Source: Candidatus Poribacteria bacterium (lineage in GTDB: Bacteria; Poribacteria; WGA-4E; PCPOR2b). Taken from it: DNA of 64,000 nucleotides. The position numbers were made by a program, and so were the translations under genes. Where the stretch lies: contig OZ242326.1 of assembly GCA_965208325.1 (NCBI GenBank), positions 4,288,001 through 4,352,000 of the forward strand, read 5' to 3'. Positions within the stretch are counted from its first letter, which is position 1, and every line of letters starts with the position of its first letter. The notes beneath the pieces are model-generated. The model made no database searches. It had not been told where the DNA came from and saw only the letters and a list, made by a program, of their open reading frames with translations. Positions 48,227 to 57,611 of this stretch are shown here, in pieces.

Positions 48227-49027
48227 ATGGCTGTAAATCAAACCGCGAGACTCAACTCGGGCGTTTTCATCCTTTGCCAGTTGGTTATGATTTTTTTCGT
48301 TTTAACGCAATCGCCAGTGCGGGCGAATGAACAGAGTGCAGATGTTGATGTCAAGGCTATCATTCAAGCGGTTGATGAACTCTATCGGAGTCAGACCAGC
48401 CGCGCGGAAATCGAAATGCAAATTTTCACGCCCCATTGGGAGAGAACTTTGACTTTGAAAATCTGGACAAAGGGGATGGATCGAACGTTTATCTTGATTA
48501 CATCACCCAAAAAAGAGAAGGGCGTTGCCACCTTGCGAATAGGGAATGAAATGTGGAACTATCTTCCCAAAACCAACAAGGTGATGAAGGTGCCGCCGTC
48601 AATGATGATGGGATCTTGGATGGGTTCGGACTTCACGAATGACGACCTTGTCAAAGAGTCATCAATGCTTAATGACTACACCTACGAACTCATCACACCG
48701 AGGGATGTCCAACCTGGCCATCTCTACATTCAGTTGCTGCCAAAGGAAGATTCACCGATTGTCTGGGGCAAACTTATCGTCGCAATCCGTGAAAATGATC
48801 GGATTCCGGTTTGGCAGCATTTCTACGACGAAACAGGCCGTCTGACACGAGTTCTGAACTTTGAAGAGGTCGAATCATTCGACGGAAAGACCATACCTTC
48901 AGTGATGGAGATGATACCGCAGAACAGAGAGGGACACAAAACCGTTGTAAGATTTGTGGACGCCGCATTTGACACGGAGATTGGCGAAAAAACCTTCACC
49001 CGCCGAAACCTCCGGAAGCGGAGATAG
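48227..49027 (+). CDS. Outer membrane lipoprotein-sorting (LolA-like) protein
   Basis: Signal peptide; SPKKEKGVATL, MWNYLP, SWMGSDFTNDDL, FTRRNL. Confidence 0.85.
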   Translation: MAVNQTARLNSGVFILCQLVMIFFVLTQSPVRANEQSADVDVKAIIQAVDELYRSQTSRAEIEMQIFTPHWERTLTLKIWTKGMDRTFILITSPKKEKGVATLRIGNEMWNYLPKTNKVMKVPPSMMMGSWMGSDFTNDDLVKESSMLNDYTYELITPRDVQPGHLYIQLLPKEDSPIVWGKLIVAIRENDRIPVWQHFYDETGRLTRVLNFEEVESFDGKTIPSVMEMIPQNREGHKTVVRFVDAAFDTEIGEKTFTRRNLRKRR

Positions 49028-49134
49028 CTAGCGGGCATATTTGTATAAATCAACATGCGGGTTTTAATGTTTAATTGCTAAATTGACTCTTATACCTCTT
49101 ACGCATTACGTTTTACGTATTAATTCTTCACGCC

Positions 49135-50352
49135 ATGATGACGCTCAAAATTGCATTCCGCAACATCTTCCGTCAAAAACGACGCTCCATATTAACTGCG
49201 CTCGCGATGATTGTCGGATTTACGCTCTCGTCCGTGTTCATTGGATGGTCCGATGGTGCGTATTCCGATATAATTGAGATGTTTACAAAGAACCGCATCG
49301 GGCATATTCAGGTGCATCAACGCGGCTATCTTGATAAACCCTCGCTCTACAAAACCATCGACGGCTACGAATCAACTGGCGAAACCATCGGGGGTATAAA
49401 AGGCGTAGCGGCGTGGACGCCGCGGGTGTATTCGGCGGGGCTTGGCTCGGTCGGCGCAAAAAGCACCGCTGTACAAATTATCGGTATTGATGCGGCACGT
49501 GAAGTCGAAGCAACTCGATTTGACAAGAAAATAATTGATGGCAGCAAATTCTCGGTGCAGCCTGTGCGTGAAGCGGTTTTGGGCAAGGGGCTTGCACGGG
49601 TGCTTGCCGCAACGGTCGGCGGCGAAATCGTGCTTGTATCACAGGGAGCTGACGGTTCAATCGCTAACGAGCTGTATGAGATTGCCGGAATTGCAGAAAG
49701 CGGCGACGACATCACTGATCGCACGGCGTGTTATCTCCACATCGGAGACGCGCAGGAGTTACTTGTTCTCGAAGGGCGCTGCCATGAAATTGTCGTGATT
49801 GTATCCAACATCAATCGAGTCCACAAAATCACGAAAGCAATTGAAGCCGGCCTTGATGATTCGAGACTGGATGTTGCCCCTTGGCAGGTGGTCGCCAAGG
49901 CTTTCTATCGGGCGATGCAGGCAGACAAGCAGGGAGATGCCATCGGACGGATTATCATCATGCTCATCGTCGCTATCGGTGTGTTGAATACGGTGCTGAT
50001 GTCGGTGCTGGAGCGGACAAGTGAATACGGTGTGTTAAGGGCGGTCGGAACGAAACCGGCGCAAATCTTTTGGTTGGTGATTTGCGAAGTGCTCATCATT
50101 GCCCTCGGCAGCATCGCTGTCGGCGCTTTACTCGGTGCTTCAATCAACCATCTACTATCGATATACGGTATTTCCATGCCCCAGGAGTTTACCTACGGCG
50201 GTATTAAATTTAAGACGATGTACGCCGAGGTTAGTGCAAGAAGTCTCATTATTCCTGCAATTACCGTTGTTCTCGCGGCAGCGGTTGTCAGTCTGTTTCC
50301 GGCGCTGAAAGCGGCGCGAATTCTACCGGCGAGGGCGATGCGAGCGAATTGA
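49135..50352 (+). CDS. ABC transporter permease (MacB/LolCE/FtsX family)
   Basis: AFRNIFRQKRRS, NTVLMSVLERTSEYGVLRAVG, FPALKAA. Confidence 0.92.
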   Translation: MMTLKIAFRNIFRQKRRSILTALAMIVGFTLSSVFIGWSDGAYSDIIEMFTKNRIGHIQVHQRGYLDKPSLYKTIDGYESTGETIGGIKGVAAWTPRVYSAGLGSVGAKSTAVQIIGIDAAREVEATRFDKKIIDGSKFSVQPVREAVLGKGLARVLAATVGGEIVLVSQGADGSIANELYEIAGIAESGDDITDRTACYLHIGDAQELLVLEGRCHEIVVIVSNINRVHKITKAIEAGLDDSRLDVAPWQVVAKAFYRAMQADKQGDAIGRIIIMLIVAIGVLNTVLMSVLERTSEYGVLRAVGTKPAQIFWLVICEVLIIALGSIAVGALLGASINHLLSIYGISMPQEFTYGGIKFKTMYAEVSARSLIIPAITVVLAAAVVSLFPALKAARILPARAMRAN

Positions 50353-50431
50353 CGTCAGCAATCTGCAACCGAGTCTTTGCCAAAAACTCGGTTTCTCTTA
50401 TCATGTTCATCAAATTTCACGGCGTAAAATC

Positions 50432-51661
50432 ATGTGGTTAATCCTCGTTAAACTGGCTTGGAGAAATCTGTTTCGAAATAAACGGCGCACCATTATTGCT
50501 TCGATAGCGATTGGTATTGGTCTGGCTGCGCTAATCTTTGTTGATGCATTGTGGGTTGGGATGGAGCGGAACATGGTCGAAACTGCCACTGCCTCGTTTC
50601 TCGGCGATGGACAGATTCATCGGGCAGGCTTCCGCGAGGCGCAGGCAGCCGAAATGACTATCAATGAACTGGGTAAAGTGGCGGGCGATCTCTCGCAGGA
50701 AGCTATTGTTGAACGTTTCTCACACCGAACGTTCACCTTTGGGATGATTACCTCCGCGGCAAATGTCAGCGCAATTAGCCTTGTGGGGGTGCAACCGCCG
50801 ACAGAACGGTTCTTAACCCAAATTGATGACGCCATCACGGAAGGGGCGTACTTTGAAGGGGACAACAACCGCGATATAGTGATTGGTGCGAAGCTGGCGG
50901 AACTGCTTGACGTGACGCTTGGCAACCGGGTCGTTGTGACCGTGGCACAGTCGGAGAGCGGTGATTTGTCACAAGAGATGTTTCGGATTTCAGGGATCTA
51001 CCGTTTTGGCGATGAAGCGATGGAGAGCGGCATGGCGTTTGTACGCTTGGCGAAAGCCCAAGAGATGCTTGCCATCGGTTCTCAAGTGCATGAGATTGCT
51101 ATCAAATTTACGGACACAAAATACGGACAGGATACAGCTTCGACATTTTGGGATCGGTATTCCCAGCACGGCAACGAAGCGGTAAGTTGGACGGAAATTT
51201 TGCCCCAACTACAAGTTGCGTTCGAAATGTCCAAGTTCACCAAATACATACTGGGGGTTGTTCTGTTTGGCGTTGTTGTGTTTGGGATTATCAACACGCT
51301 TTTTATGTCGCTATATGAGCGGATGTTCGAGTTTGGTGTCTTACGCGCCGTTGGCACCCGCCCGTTAGGGATGGCGCGACTGATTTTGTTTGAAGCCGGA
51401 GCGTTAGCAATTGTTAGTATCGTCCTCGGCACTATCCTCGGTTTCGCCTTGACGTGGATATTCGCGATAGTCGGGATTGATTACACCGGCATTGAAATGA
51501 TGGGTGTGACGATACGAGATCTCATCTATCCCGTCATGACGATTCAGCCGTTCATCTTATATTCCATCTGGGTATTTATCTTTACCATTATCACAGGGCT
51601 GTATCCGGCGAGATATGCGGCGAAGATAGCCCCAGCGGCCGCGATGCGAAGGAGTTTTTGA
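50432..51661 (+). CDS. ABC transporter permease (MacB/LolCE/FtsX family), second subunit
   Basis: AWRNLFRNKRRT, NTLFMSLYERMFEFGVLRAVG, YPARYAA. Confidence 0.92.
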   Translation: MWLILVKLAWRNLFRNKRRTIIASIAIGIGLAALIFVDALWVGMERNMVETATASFLGDGQIHRAGFREAQAAEMTINELGKVAGDLSQEAIVERFSHRTFTFGMITSAANVSAISLVGVQPPTERFLTQIDDAITEGAYFEGDNNRDIVIGAKLAELLDVTLGNRVVVTVAQSESGDLSQEMFRISGIYRFGDEAMESGMAFVRLAKAQEMLAIGSQVHEIAIKFTDTKYGQDTASTFWDRYSQHGNEAVSWTEILPQLQVAFEMSKFTKYILGVVLFGVVVFGIINTLFMSLYERMFEFGVLRAVGTRPLGMARLILFEAGALAIVSIVLGTILGFALTWIFAIVGIDYTGIEMMGVTIRDLIYPVMTIQPFILYSIWVFIFTIITGLYPARYAAKIAPAAAMRRSF

Positions 51662-51727
51662 TTCGGCAGAAATGGCGGGATGGGAGATTGGAAGAAAATG
51701 CACTGCGGAATACGTTAGGAGCGAAGG

Positions 51728-52420
51728 GTGACGAATTCTGATGTCATTGTCACAGAGAGCATTACGAAGGTGTATGCGGAAAATGGTGTGCCCGTCGAAG
51801 CCTTACGGGGCGTGGATTTGACGATCCGGTCAGGCGAGTTTACGGCGTTGGTGGGACCGTCGGGGTCGGGGAAGACTACGCTTCTCAACATTATTTCCGG
51901 GCTGGATGCGCCGACAGCGGGGAAGGTCTGGTTGTCGGGCAAGTTGCTGTCAGGCATGAGTGGCAATGACTTGTCCGATTTTCGCCGTGACAACATCGGC
52001 TTCATTTTTCAGGCTTACAATCTCATTCCGGTGCTGACAGTGGAAGAGAACGTGGAATATATTATGCTGCTGCAGCGCGTGTCCAAAGCGGAGCGGCATA
52101 GGCGCGTTGACGCAATGCTTGAAGAGGTTGGATTAGCGGGATATGCGGATCGAAACCCGCTCCAACTCTCGGGCGGGCAGCAACAACGTGTCGCCATTGC
52201 ACGGGCGATGGTCTCCGAACCTGCGATTATTCTTGCGGATGAGCCGACCGCGAACCTCGACTCCAAAACAGGTTCAGATTTGCTTGAGATGATGAACCGC
52301 CTCAATACGCAGACTAGTATGACGTTCGTATTTTCGACCCACGATCCAATGGTGATGGAGCGCGCAAGGCGATTGATAACGCTCAAGGACGGAAAAGTTG
52401 AGAGCGACGAGAGTAAATAA
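51728..52420 (+). CDS. ABC transporter ATP-binding protein (LolD/MacB-like)
   Basis: GPSGSGKT, LSGGQQQRVAIARA, ADEPTANLD, STHD. Confidence 0.95.
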   Translation: MTNSDVIVTESITKVYAENGVPVEALRGVDLTIRSGEFTALVGPSGSGKTTLLNIISGLDAPTAGKVWLSGKLLSGMSGNDLSDFRRDNIGFIFQAYNLIPVLTVEENVEYIMLLQRVSKAERHRRVDAMLEEVGLAGYADRNPLQLSGGQQQRVAIARAMVSEPAIILADEPTANLDSKTGSDLLEMMNRLNTQTSMTFVFSTHDPMVMERARRLITLKDGKVESDESK

Positions 52421-52442
52421 ACCTTCAAATTTTACTGTGGTT

Positions 52443-52715
52443 TCAGTCGTAATGCCCTCTGCATACTGAAATGACAATTCTATCCGCTTCGACTCTGTAA
52501 ACGATGCGATTCGCCTTGTCGATTCGCCTTGACCAGAAACCTGATAAATCGCCTTTCAGTGCCTCAGGTTTACCCGTTCCGCGGAAAGGATCTCGCCGAA
52601 TTTCCCGAAGTAAATTGAGAATGCGTCGAGTTGTCCTGTGGTCTCGCTGAATCCACCACGCCAGATCTTCAAACGCTGCAGGTTCAAATTCCAAGTTTCT
52701 CGCGGACGACTTCAT
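52443..52715 (-). CDS. yoeB: Txe/YoeB family toxin
   Basis: AFEDLAWW, PFRGTGKPEALKGDLSGFWSRRID..NRIVY, CRGHY; start may be TTG 52694. Confidence 0.92.
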   Translation of the reverse strand: MKSSARNLEFEPAAFEDLAWWIQRDHRTTRRILNLLREIRRDPFRGTGKPEALKGDLSGFWSRRIDKANRIVYRVEADRIVISVCRGHYD

Positions 52716-52926
52716 AAGGAATTTCTTCGGTACTGTTTCTCGATTTCAAAAGTCGATCTTTTATCTTCGGATCGCTCAACAAGTATTCCGTTTCCTTTTC
52801 TGCGCTTTCTGATGCCTCCCTGACCATTTCCTCAATAATTTGGGCAACAGTCATCATCCGCTGTTTTGCTTGAATGGATAACCATTCGTAATCTGAATCG
52901 CTGATATGAATAGAAATTGTCTTCAT
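52684..52926 (-). CDS. Antitoxin: RHH-like N-terminus plus YefM-like neutralising tail
   Basis: KTISIHISDSDYEWL..QAKQ...TVAQII ribbon-helix-helix pattern; ETEYLLSDP...RLLKS; overlaps the toxin start. Confidence 0.8.
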   Translation of the reverse strand: MKTISIHISDSDYEWLSIQAKQRMMTVAQIIEEMVREASESAEKETEYLLSDPKIKDRLLKSRNSTEEIPYEVVREKLGI

Positions 52927-53112
52927 TTTAGTTTTTATGCGGAAACTGCCACACTGTTAGAGAGGAAGCTACGCTTCTCCATACATCGGTTGAATTTTCT
53001 CTGAAAAATTTCCATCACATACCCATTATACCACAATCCTTAACGTATAAACACGGCTATTTTAAAGTACAATAGATAAAGGGCATCACTTTTCCGATAC
53101 CTGTTTGCGAAA

Positions 53113-54339
53113 ATGGTGAGAAAATTCCTTGGGATTACTATCTTTCTGATTATTATTGGGATTGCCGATTCCACTGATGCCGAATTTCAAATTGGTGGAT
53201 ATTACAAAAACTTTTCCATAGGCTTGGATTCTCCCTTACCGGACGAACCGATTATCGGTGCGGTGAACAACCGACTGCGGTTAAATTGGGCTTATGTTCC
53301 CGCCGATGCAGTCTCGTTTGACCTCTCTTACGATATTGGGTCACGTATTCAAGACCCCTCGCTGTTTTTTGAACCGACAATCGTGGGTGCTGCCAATTCA
53401 CTCCGCTACCGCGTTGTGGATTTTGATTCCGAAATCTATCCAGGCGAGAGTGACACAGTGGGAAGTTTCGGCCTATTTCAAAATTTCGACAGGGTTTCAG
53501 TAGCTTACACCGGCGGTTTCGGCGACATCACAATCGGCCGCCAAGCCATCGCATGGGGGAGTGCGCGGGTCGTGAACCCAACGGACGTTCTTGCGCCTTA
53601 CGCCTACAATCAACTGGACACGGAGGACCGAATCGGTGTGGATGCGGTACGGGTACAAATTCCGATTGGCGTGTTGGGAGAGTTTGATGCCGGTTATGTT
53701 TTCGGGCAGGATTTAGCTCTTGAAAAGAGCGCCTTTTACGTTCGGAGCCAGTTGAATGCGGCAGCGACTGATTTCTCAATATTACTATTGGGATTTCGTG
53801 AACACTTGATGACAGGCTTTGACTTAGCGCGGGGTATTGGCGGCGCCGGATTCTGGTTTGAAGGTGCTTACGTTTACGCCGACGCCATCGAAGGTGAAAA
53901 CGGTGAGGTGGAAACCTACCTCCGCACGTCAATAGGGCTGGACTACAGTTTCCGTGGGGTGATTTACGGGTTCATTGAATATCATTTCAGCGGTGCAGGT
54001 GCAGGCAAACCGGCAGATTATCTCGACAACCTTGCCAAACCGGCGAACACCGACGGCGCAGTCTACCTTATGGGCAGACACTATATTGTTCCCGGATTGA
54101 CCTGCCAAATATCGCCGCTCATGTCGTTGAGCAGCTTCGTGCTATGGAACGTCTCTGATCTTTCAGTATTACCTTCTGTGCAAATTGAATACAATCTCGC
54201 ACAAGATGTTTATCTCTCTGCTGGCGGATTCATCGGGATTGGCAAACGCGCTGTAACCGAGGGGGAAGAAACACAATTCAGATCGGAGTTTGGCGGATAT
54301 TCTAACGTCTATTTTCTTTCGTTTCGAATATATTACTGA
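53113..54339 (+). CDS. Putative outer-membrane beta-barrel protein of the LolA-like/ABC cluster
   Basis: Signal peptide; amphipathic beta pattern; DRVSV...IGRQAIAWG...NPTD; GVDAVR; aromatic C-terminus FRIYY. Confidence 0.75.
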   Translation: MVRKFLGITIFLIIIGIADSTDAEFQIGGYYKNFSIGLDSPLPDEPIIGAVNNRLRLNWAYVPADAVSFDLSYDIGSRIQDPSLFFEPTIVGAANSLRYRVVDFDSEIYPGESDTVGSFGLFQNFDRVSVAYTGGFGDITIGRQAIAWGSARVVNPTDVLAPYAYNQLDTEDRIGVDAVRVQIPIGVLGEFDAGYVFGQDLALEKSAFYVRSQLNAAATDFSILLLGFREHLMTGFDLARGIGGAGFWFEGAYVYADAIEGENGEVETYLRTSIGLDYSFRGVIYGFIEYHFSGAGAGKPADYLDNLAKPANTDGAVYLMGRHYIVPGLTCQISPLMSLSSFVLWNVSDLSVLPSVQIEYNLAQDVYLSAGGFIGIGKRAVTEGEETQFRSEFGGYSNVYFLSFRIYY

Positions 54340-54570
54340 CGATGCGGCGATTTCAGAATACGCATGGCTTTCTCCGCACACCTAGTTGTATGCCAAGTGT
54401 GTTCTCAAGCTGTCACGATTAATGACCCTTTTACTGACTTAATTGATGTTCATCATACGCTTCAAATCTTGGCAATTGACGCTTTGCCTTTCACCGTCCC
54501 CTTCTTGTACCGAGGTCAAATTCTGACAAATCTGAATCCGTGTGAATCGCTCTCCTTTCCGCTTAAGTTT

Positions 54571-54830
54571 TTAAGATTCCCGGTGCCTAGGTAAAGCCTT
54601 CTCAATAGTCATCTACCCATAGGTTGCCTTATCGCCTCGATGTGCTTCATCCCACTCCGGTCGATAAAGTTACGATTGACGGAAAATCGAAGCAATCACG
54701 GGGAAACACTGCGCCCAGTACACAGCAGTGAGCTTAATCGACTCCCTCGGTAAGCTGTAACTGTTGGTATTGCCTGATATCGACGCATCAAACTTTGGGC
54801 AACTCAGTAACGGCGGCTGGCTAAATCTCT
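54571..54830 (-). pseudogene. Decayed fragment of a phage/plasmid primase-polymerase (NrS-1-like helical bundle domain)
   Basis: One frame reads KFDASISGN...YWAQ...IFRQS*LYRPEWDEAHRGDKATYG*MTIEKAL, with stops at 54670-72 and 54613-15. Confidence 0.7.
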
Positions 54831-55268
54831 GGTTATTCGCTGTGTGGTGGCTCTGCAGCCTCACTTACCAAAGTGAATTTAGCACATGTACGGTAGATGG
54901 AATGAAAAAGCGTTAGCACCGTCTATATTTGCCCGTGAGGTAGTTTTTAAAAGGTAGGCGGGGGAGGATTATGTCTCCGAGACTAAAGAAAATTGCTACG
55001 AATCGAAAAAAGCATTGACACGATTTTTCAGGTGTGATACGTTTTCAATCGGTTAGGAGATTCCTTTTACATTTTCCAGGGGACCGAGTGCTCATCATTT
55101 AACCTCCTGAAGTAAAATGAGGCTGTGGACGGATCTTGGTAACCACACTAACGTTCCAGGCCAAGTTATTTGGAACCCGTCTTGTATAGGTTCCGTTCAG
55201 CAAGTTGCCCTACTCATAACACTAGTGCCTTTTTGAACAAACGGTCAAATTTTTCTTAGGAGGTAGGT

Positions 55269-56504
55269 ATGTTTAATGGCAAGTTTAGGCGCTGCCTCGT
55301 TGCATTGGGTGTGGTTTTTCTATTTGGCGTTGGATACCATTTTTACAACAGTCAAATTGAATTAGGCGAATATACGAGAGACTATTTTCAGTTTGAGAAG
55401 ACTTATCCAGATATGGATACTAGGGGGGCGCAACATTCCCTTGGTGAGGTCGACAGCGTGACCAATGTTAGCTCTGAATTAGCTGAGCGACACTGGTCAA
55501 CGTATGATAAGCAAGAGTGGGAAACGTATTGGTCAAATCAAGAGCCTGTAAAGGTCAAATACACACAGACTTCGTCGCCCGATGATGAGGGGGTCACAAC
55601 GGTTCGTCATGAAGGTCCTCCTAGAGAATATCATAAAGAGGATTTGGTGCCGCAATTGGTTGAAACCCCTGATGGGCAGGTAACTAAAATGTTGTGGTTT
55701 TCAAAACTAAAACCTGGGCAAGCTGTACCTCATCCCAAGTGGTGGCTCGGGGATAAGGTTATCATAGATGGGCTGGTGTATGAAGTTCCGCCAGACGAAA
55801 CCGCAGATTCGTACATCGATAAAATTAGGTTGAGTACAATCTATGATGTCCCCCTTGATTCTGTTGATAGCCTGATTGAAGCGGGTATAATTCCAAGTTC
55901 GCCGCTAGACGCACAATACGACCCAATCTTTGACGATCCTCTCTTTGTAACCCGCGAGGACAGTCGACCGGTGGAAGCCAGTTCTGGGGCACTGCCTTCT
56001 GATTTTGGTGAGCCTAATGAGCCTCAAGTAATCTACCTCAACGAAATAAGCGCTAACTATCCGAACTTGTCCGAACTTTTCTCCCAGCTCGTCGAGAATC
56101 CACGTGAAGGTTGGCCTAACGTCGACGACTTTAACGAACTTATCAACCAACTCATCAAGGATCCAAACGGCGATCATCTTGAATTGGACGAACTAATCAG
56201 CCAGCTCATCAAGGATTCAAGCGGTGATTATGGTGAAACGGAATGGGGTTCAAGCAGTGAGATAAACACGGTGGGCGACTCAACAGACGTCCAACCCTCG
56301 TTAGCCGGTGACTTCGAGCAAAAGCCCGCTGAGATAGAATCGAAGGCGTTACCGGTGACACCGGACGAGATTGAAGCGGAGTTGAGCGAAGGGATATCAC
56401 TAGAACGAAGTGACAAAATGCCAATGGGAATAAACCAGTACAGCACAGAAGAGAAATACCTTCGTCTGCGAGAGACGCGGAGGGATCCTGAAGAGGCACG
56501 GTGA
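55269..56504 (+). CDS. Hypothetical membrane-anchored acidic protein with internal repeats
   Basis: AGGAGG RBS; N-terminal TM; three ~18-21 aa repeats (ELISQLIKD); frame continues past the TGA to 56591. Confidence 0.7.
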   Translation: MFNGKFRRCLVALGVVFLFGVGYHFYNSQIELGEYTRDYFQFEKTYPDMDTRGAQHSLGEVDSVTNVSSELAERHWSTYDKQEWETYWSNQEPVKVKYTQTSSPDDEGVTTVRHEGPPREYHKEDLVPQLVETPDGQVTKMLWFSKLKPGQAVPHPKWWLGDKVIIDGLVYEVPPDETADSYIDKIRLSTIYDVPLDSVDSLIEAGIIPSSPLDAQYDPIFDDPLFVTREDSRPVEASSGALPSDFGEPNEPQVIYLNEISANYPNLSELFSQLVENPREGWPNVDDFNELINQLIKDPNGDHLELDELISQLIKDSSGDYGETEWGSSSEINTVGDSTDVQPSLAGDFEQKPAEIESKALPVTPDEIEAELSEGISLERSDKMPMGINQYSTEEKYLRLRETRRDPEEAR

Positions 56505-56822
56505 TTTGAGCTGGCGCGTCTCCGTTCCCAGAGTCTTCGACCTTCTGAGACTACCCGTACGGCGCCTGATGACGGACAATCGGAACGCTAAAAATGGCTG
56601 ATAGGCTTACGCCTAGCAATCCCAGCAAACTCTAATAGGTAGGGGGGTGTGTCTTCAGACTTTAGGATTTGCCCTCATTTTTGTGCCTCGCATGGCTCTT
56701 AGCTTAGTGTATAATTTTTGAATGGGATCGGCTATCTTTGGTCGGCGCGGTGGCAACAACGCAAGGAGCTAGTAAAATTGCTCAAATCGAAAAAACTATT
56801 CTGACCCTTTTGGAATATTTTA

Positions 56823-56851
56823 TTGAAAATAAAGATCAAATATGCTATAAT
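56823..56851 (+). promoter_or_regulatory. sigma70 promoter of the pyr operon
   Basis: TTGAAA, 17 bp, TGc-TATAAT. Confidence 0.7.
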
Positions 56852-56889
56852 CTTATTGTTCGTTCATGATGTCGAGGTTGCAAAAATTC

Positions 56890-56925
56890 TCCTTTTTAAT
56901 CTGATCCGGTGAGGTTGGAAAAGGG
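56890..56925 (+). promoter_or_regulatory. PyrR binding stem-loop
   Basis: CCTTTTTAA-TCTGATCC-GGTGA-GGTTGGA-AAAGG fits CUUUAA...UCCNGNGAGGYU...AAGG; pyrR lies downstream. Confidence 0.85.
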
Positions 56926-56977
56926 TGCAATACGTTTCACGCGATTATATATATTGTCCATATTCTATTGTCAGATG

Positions 56978-57005
56978 ACCTCCCTTTATCAAGGGAGGTT
57001 TTTTT
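56978..57005 (+). terminator. Attenuator terminator of the pyr leader
   Basis: ACCTCCCTT-TATC-AAGGGAGGT plus T run; the 3' arm contains the GGAGG RBS of the next gene. Confidence 0.85.
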
Positions 57006-57611
57006 ATGCGCCGGATTCCCCGAACGATTATGAATGCACAAGCGGTGTTGGACTTGGTTGAAGAGATTGGCGTGCTAAAGAATCTTCCGCGTACCGGTTG
57101 GCGGTTTCGCGGGATTAAAGACGCCGAGAGTGTCGCAGATCACTGCTATCGCGTGTCCTTTTTGTCAATGCTGTTGGCTGATGTGTTGGCGAAACAGGGC
57201 GTTCAGCTCGACGTTGAAAAGGTGATGCGAATCGCCTTGCTGCACGAAGTCGCCGAGGCAAGAATCGGCGACGTGCCATTTCCAGCTTTGGAATATATTC
57301 CTGAAGATGTCAAAGAAGCGGGGGAAAAAGCCGCATTTCGGTCGATGTTTGAGGGCTTTGACACGCTTTTACCGAAATACACCGACTTGTGGGAGGAGTT
57401 TGAGAATGGAACGTCGTTGGAAGGAAAATTAGTGCGGGCGGCGGATAAACTTGAATTGATGATTCAAGTATTTGAATATGAACAGTTGGGGTATCGCTCG
57501 CTCGACAAGTTTTGGACGAACGCTTGGAACCTCAAAGGATTTGATGACTATGCCCTAGTGCGGGAAATCATGGATTTACTTGTCGAAAGAAGGATTCAAC
57601 TGAGTGAATAG
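57006..57611 (+). CDS. HD-domain hydrolase, YfbR/HDDC2-like 5'-(deoxy)nucleotidase family (HE variant)
   Basis: LKNLPRTGW, ESVADH.YR, ALLHEVAEARIGD, LWEEFE, ADKLE. Confidence 0.88.
   Translation: MRRIPRTIMNAQAVLDLVEEIGVLKNLPRTGWRFRGIKDAESVADHCYRVSFLSMLLADVLAKQGVQLDVEKVMRIALLHEVAEARIGDVPFPALEYIPEDVKEAGEKAAFRSMFEGFDTLLPKYTDLWEEFENGTSLEGKLVRAADKLELMIQVFEYEQLGYRSLDKFWTNAWNLKGFDDYALVREIMDLLVERRIQLSE

Noticed and set aside
47426..48241. Long antisense ORFs (this 271-aa one; also 26029-26733 and 58349-59080)
   Set aside because: Shadows of well-supported genes on the opposite strand, with no recognisable motifs.
50366..50396. Hairpin AACCGAGT-CTTTGCCAAAA-ACTCGGTT between the permeases as a terminator
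   Set aside because: Intra-operon and lacking a good T-tract; more likely a small palindromic repeat, single copy here.
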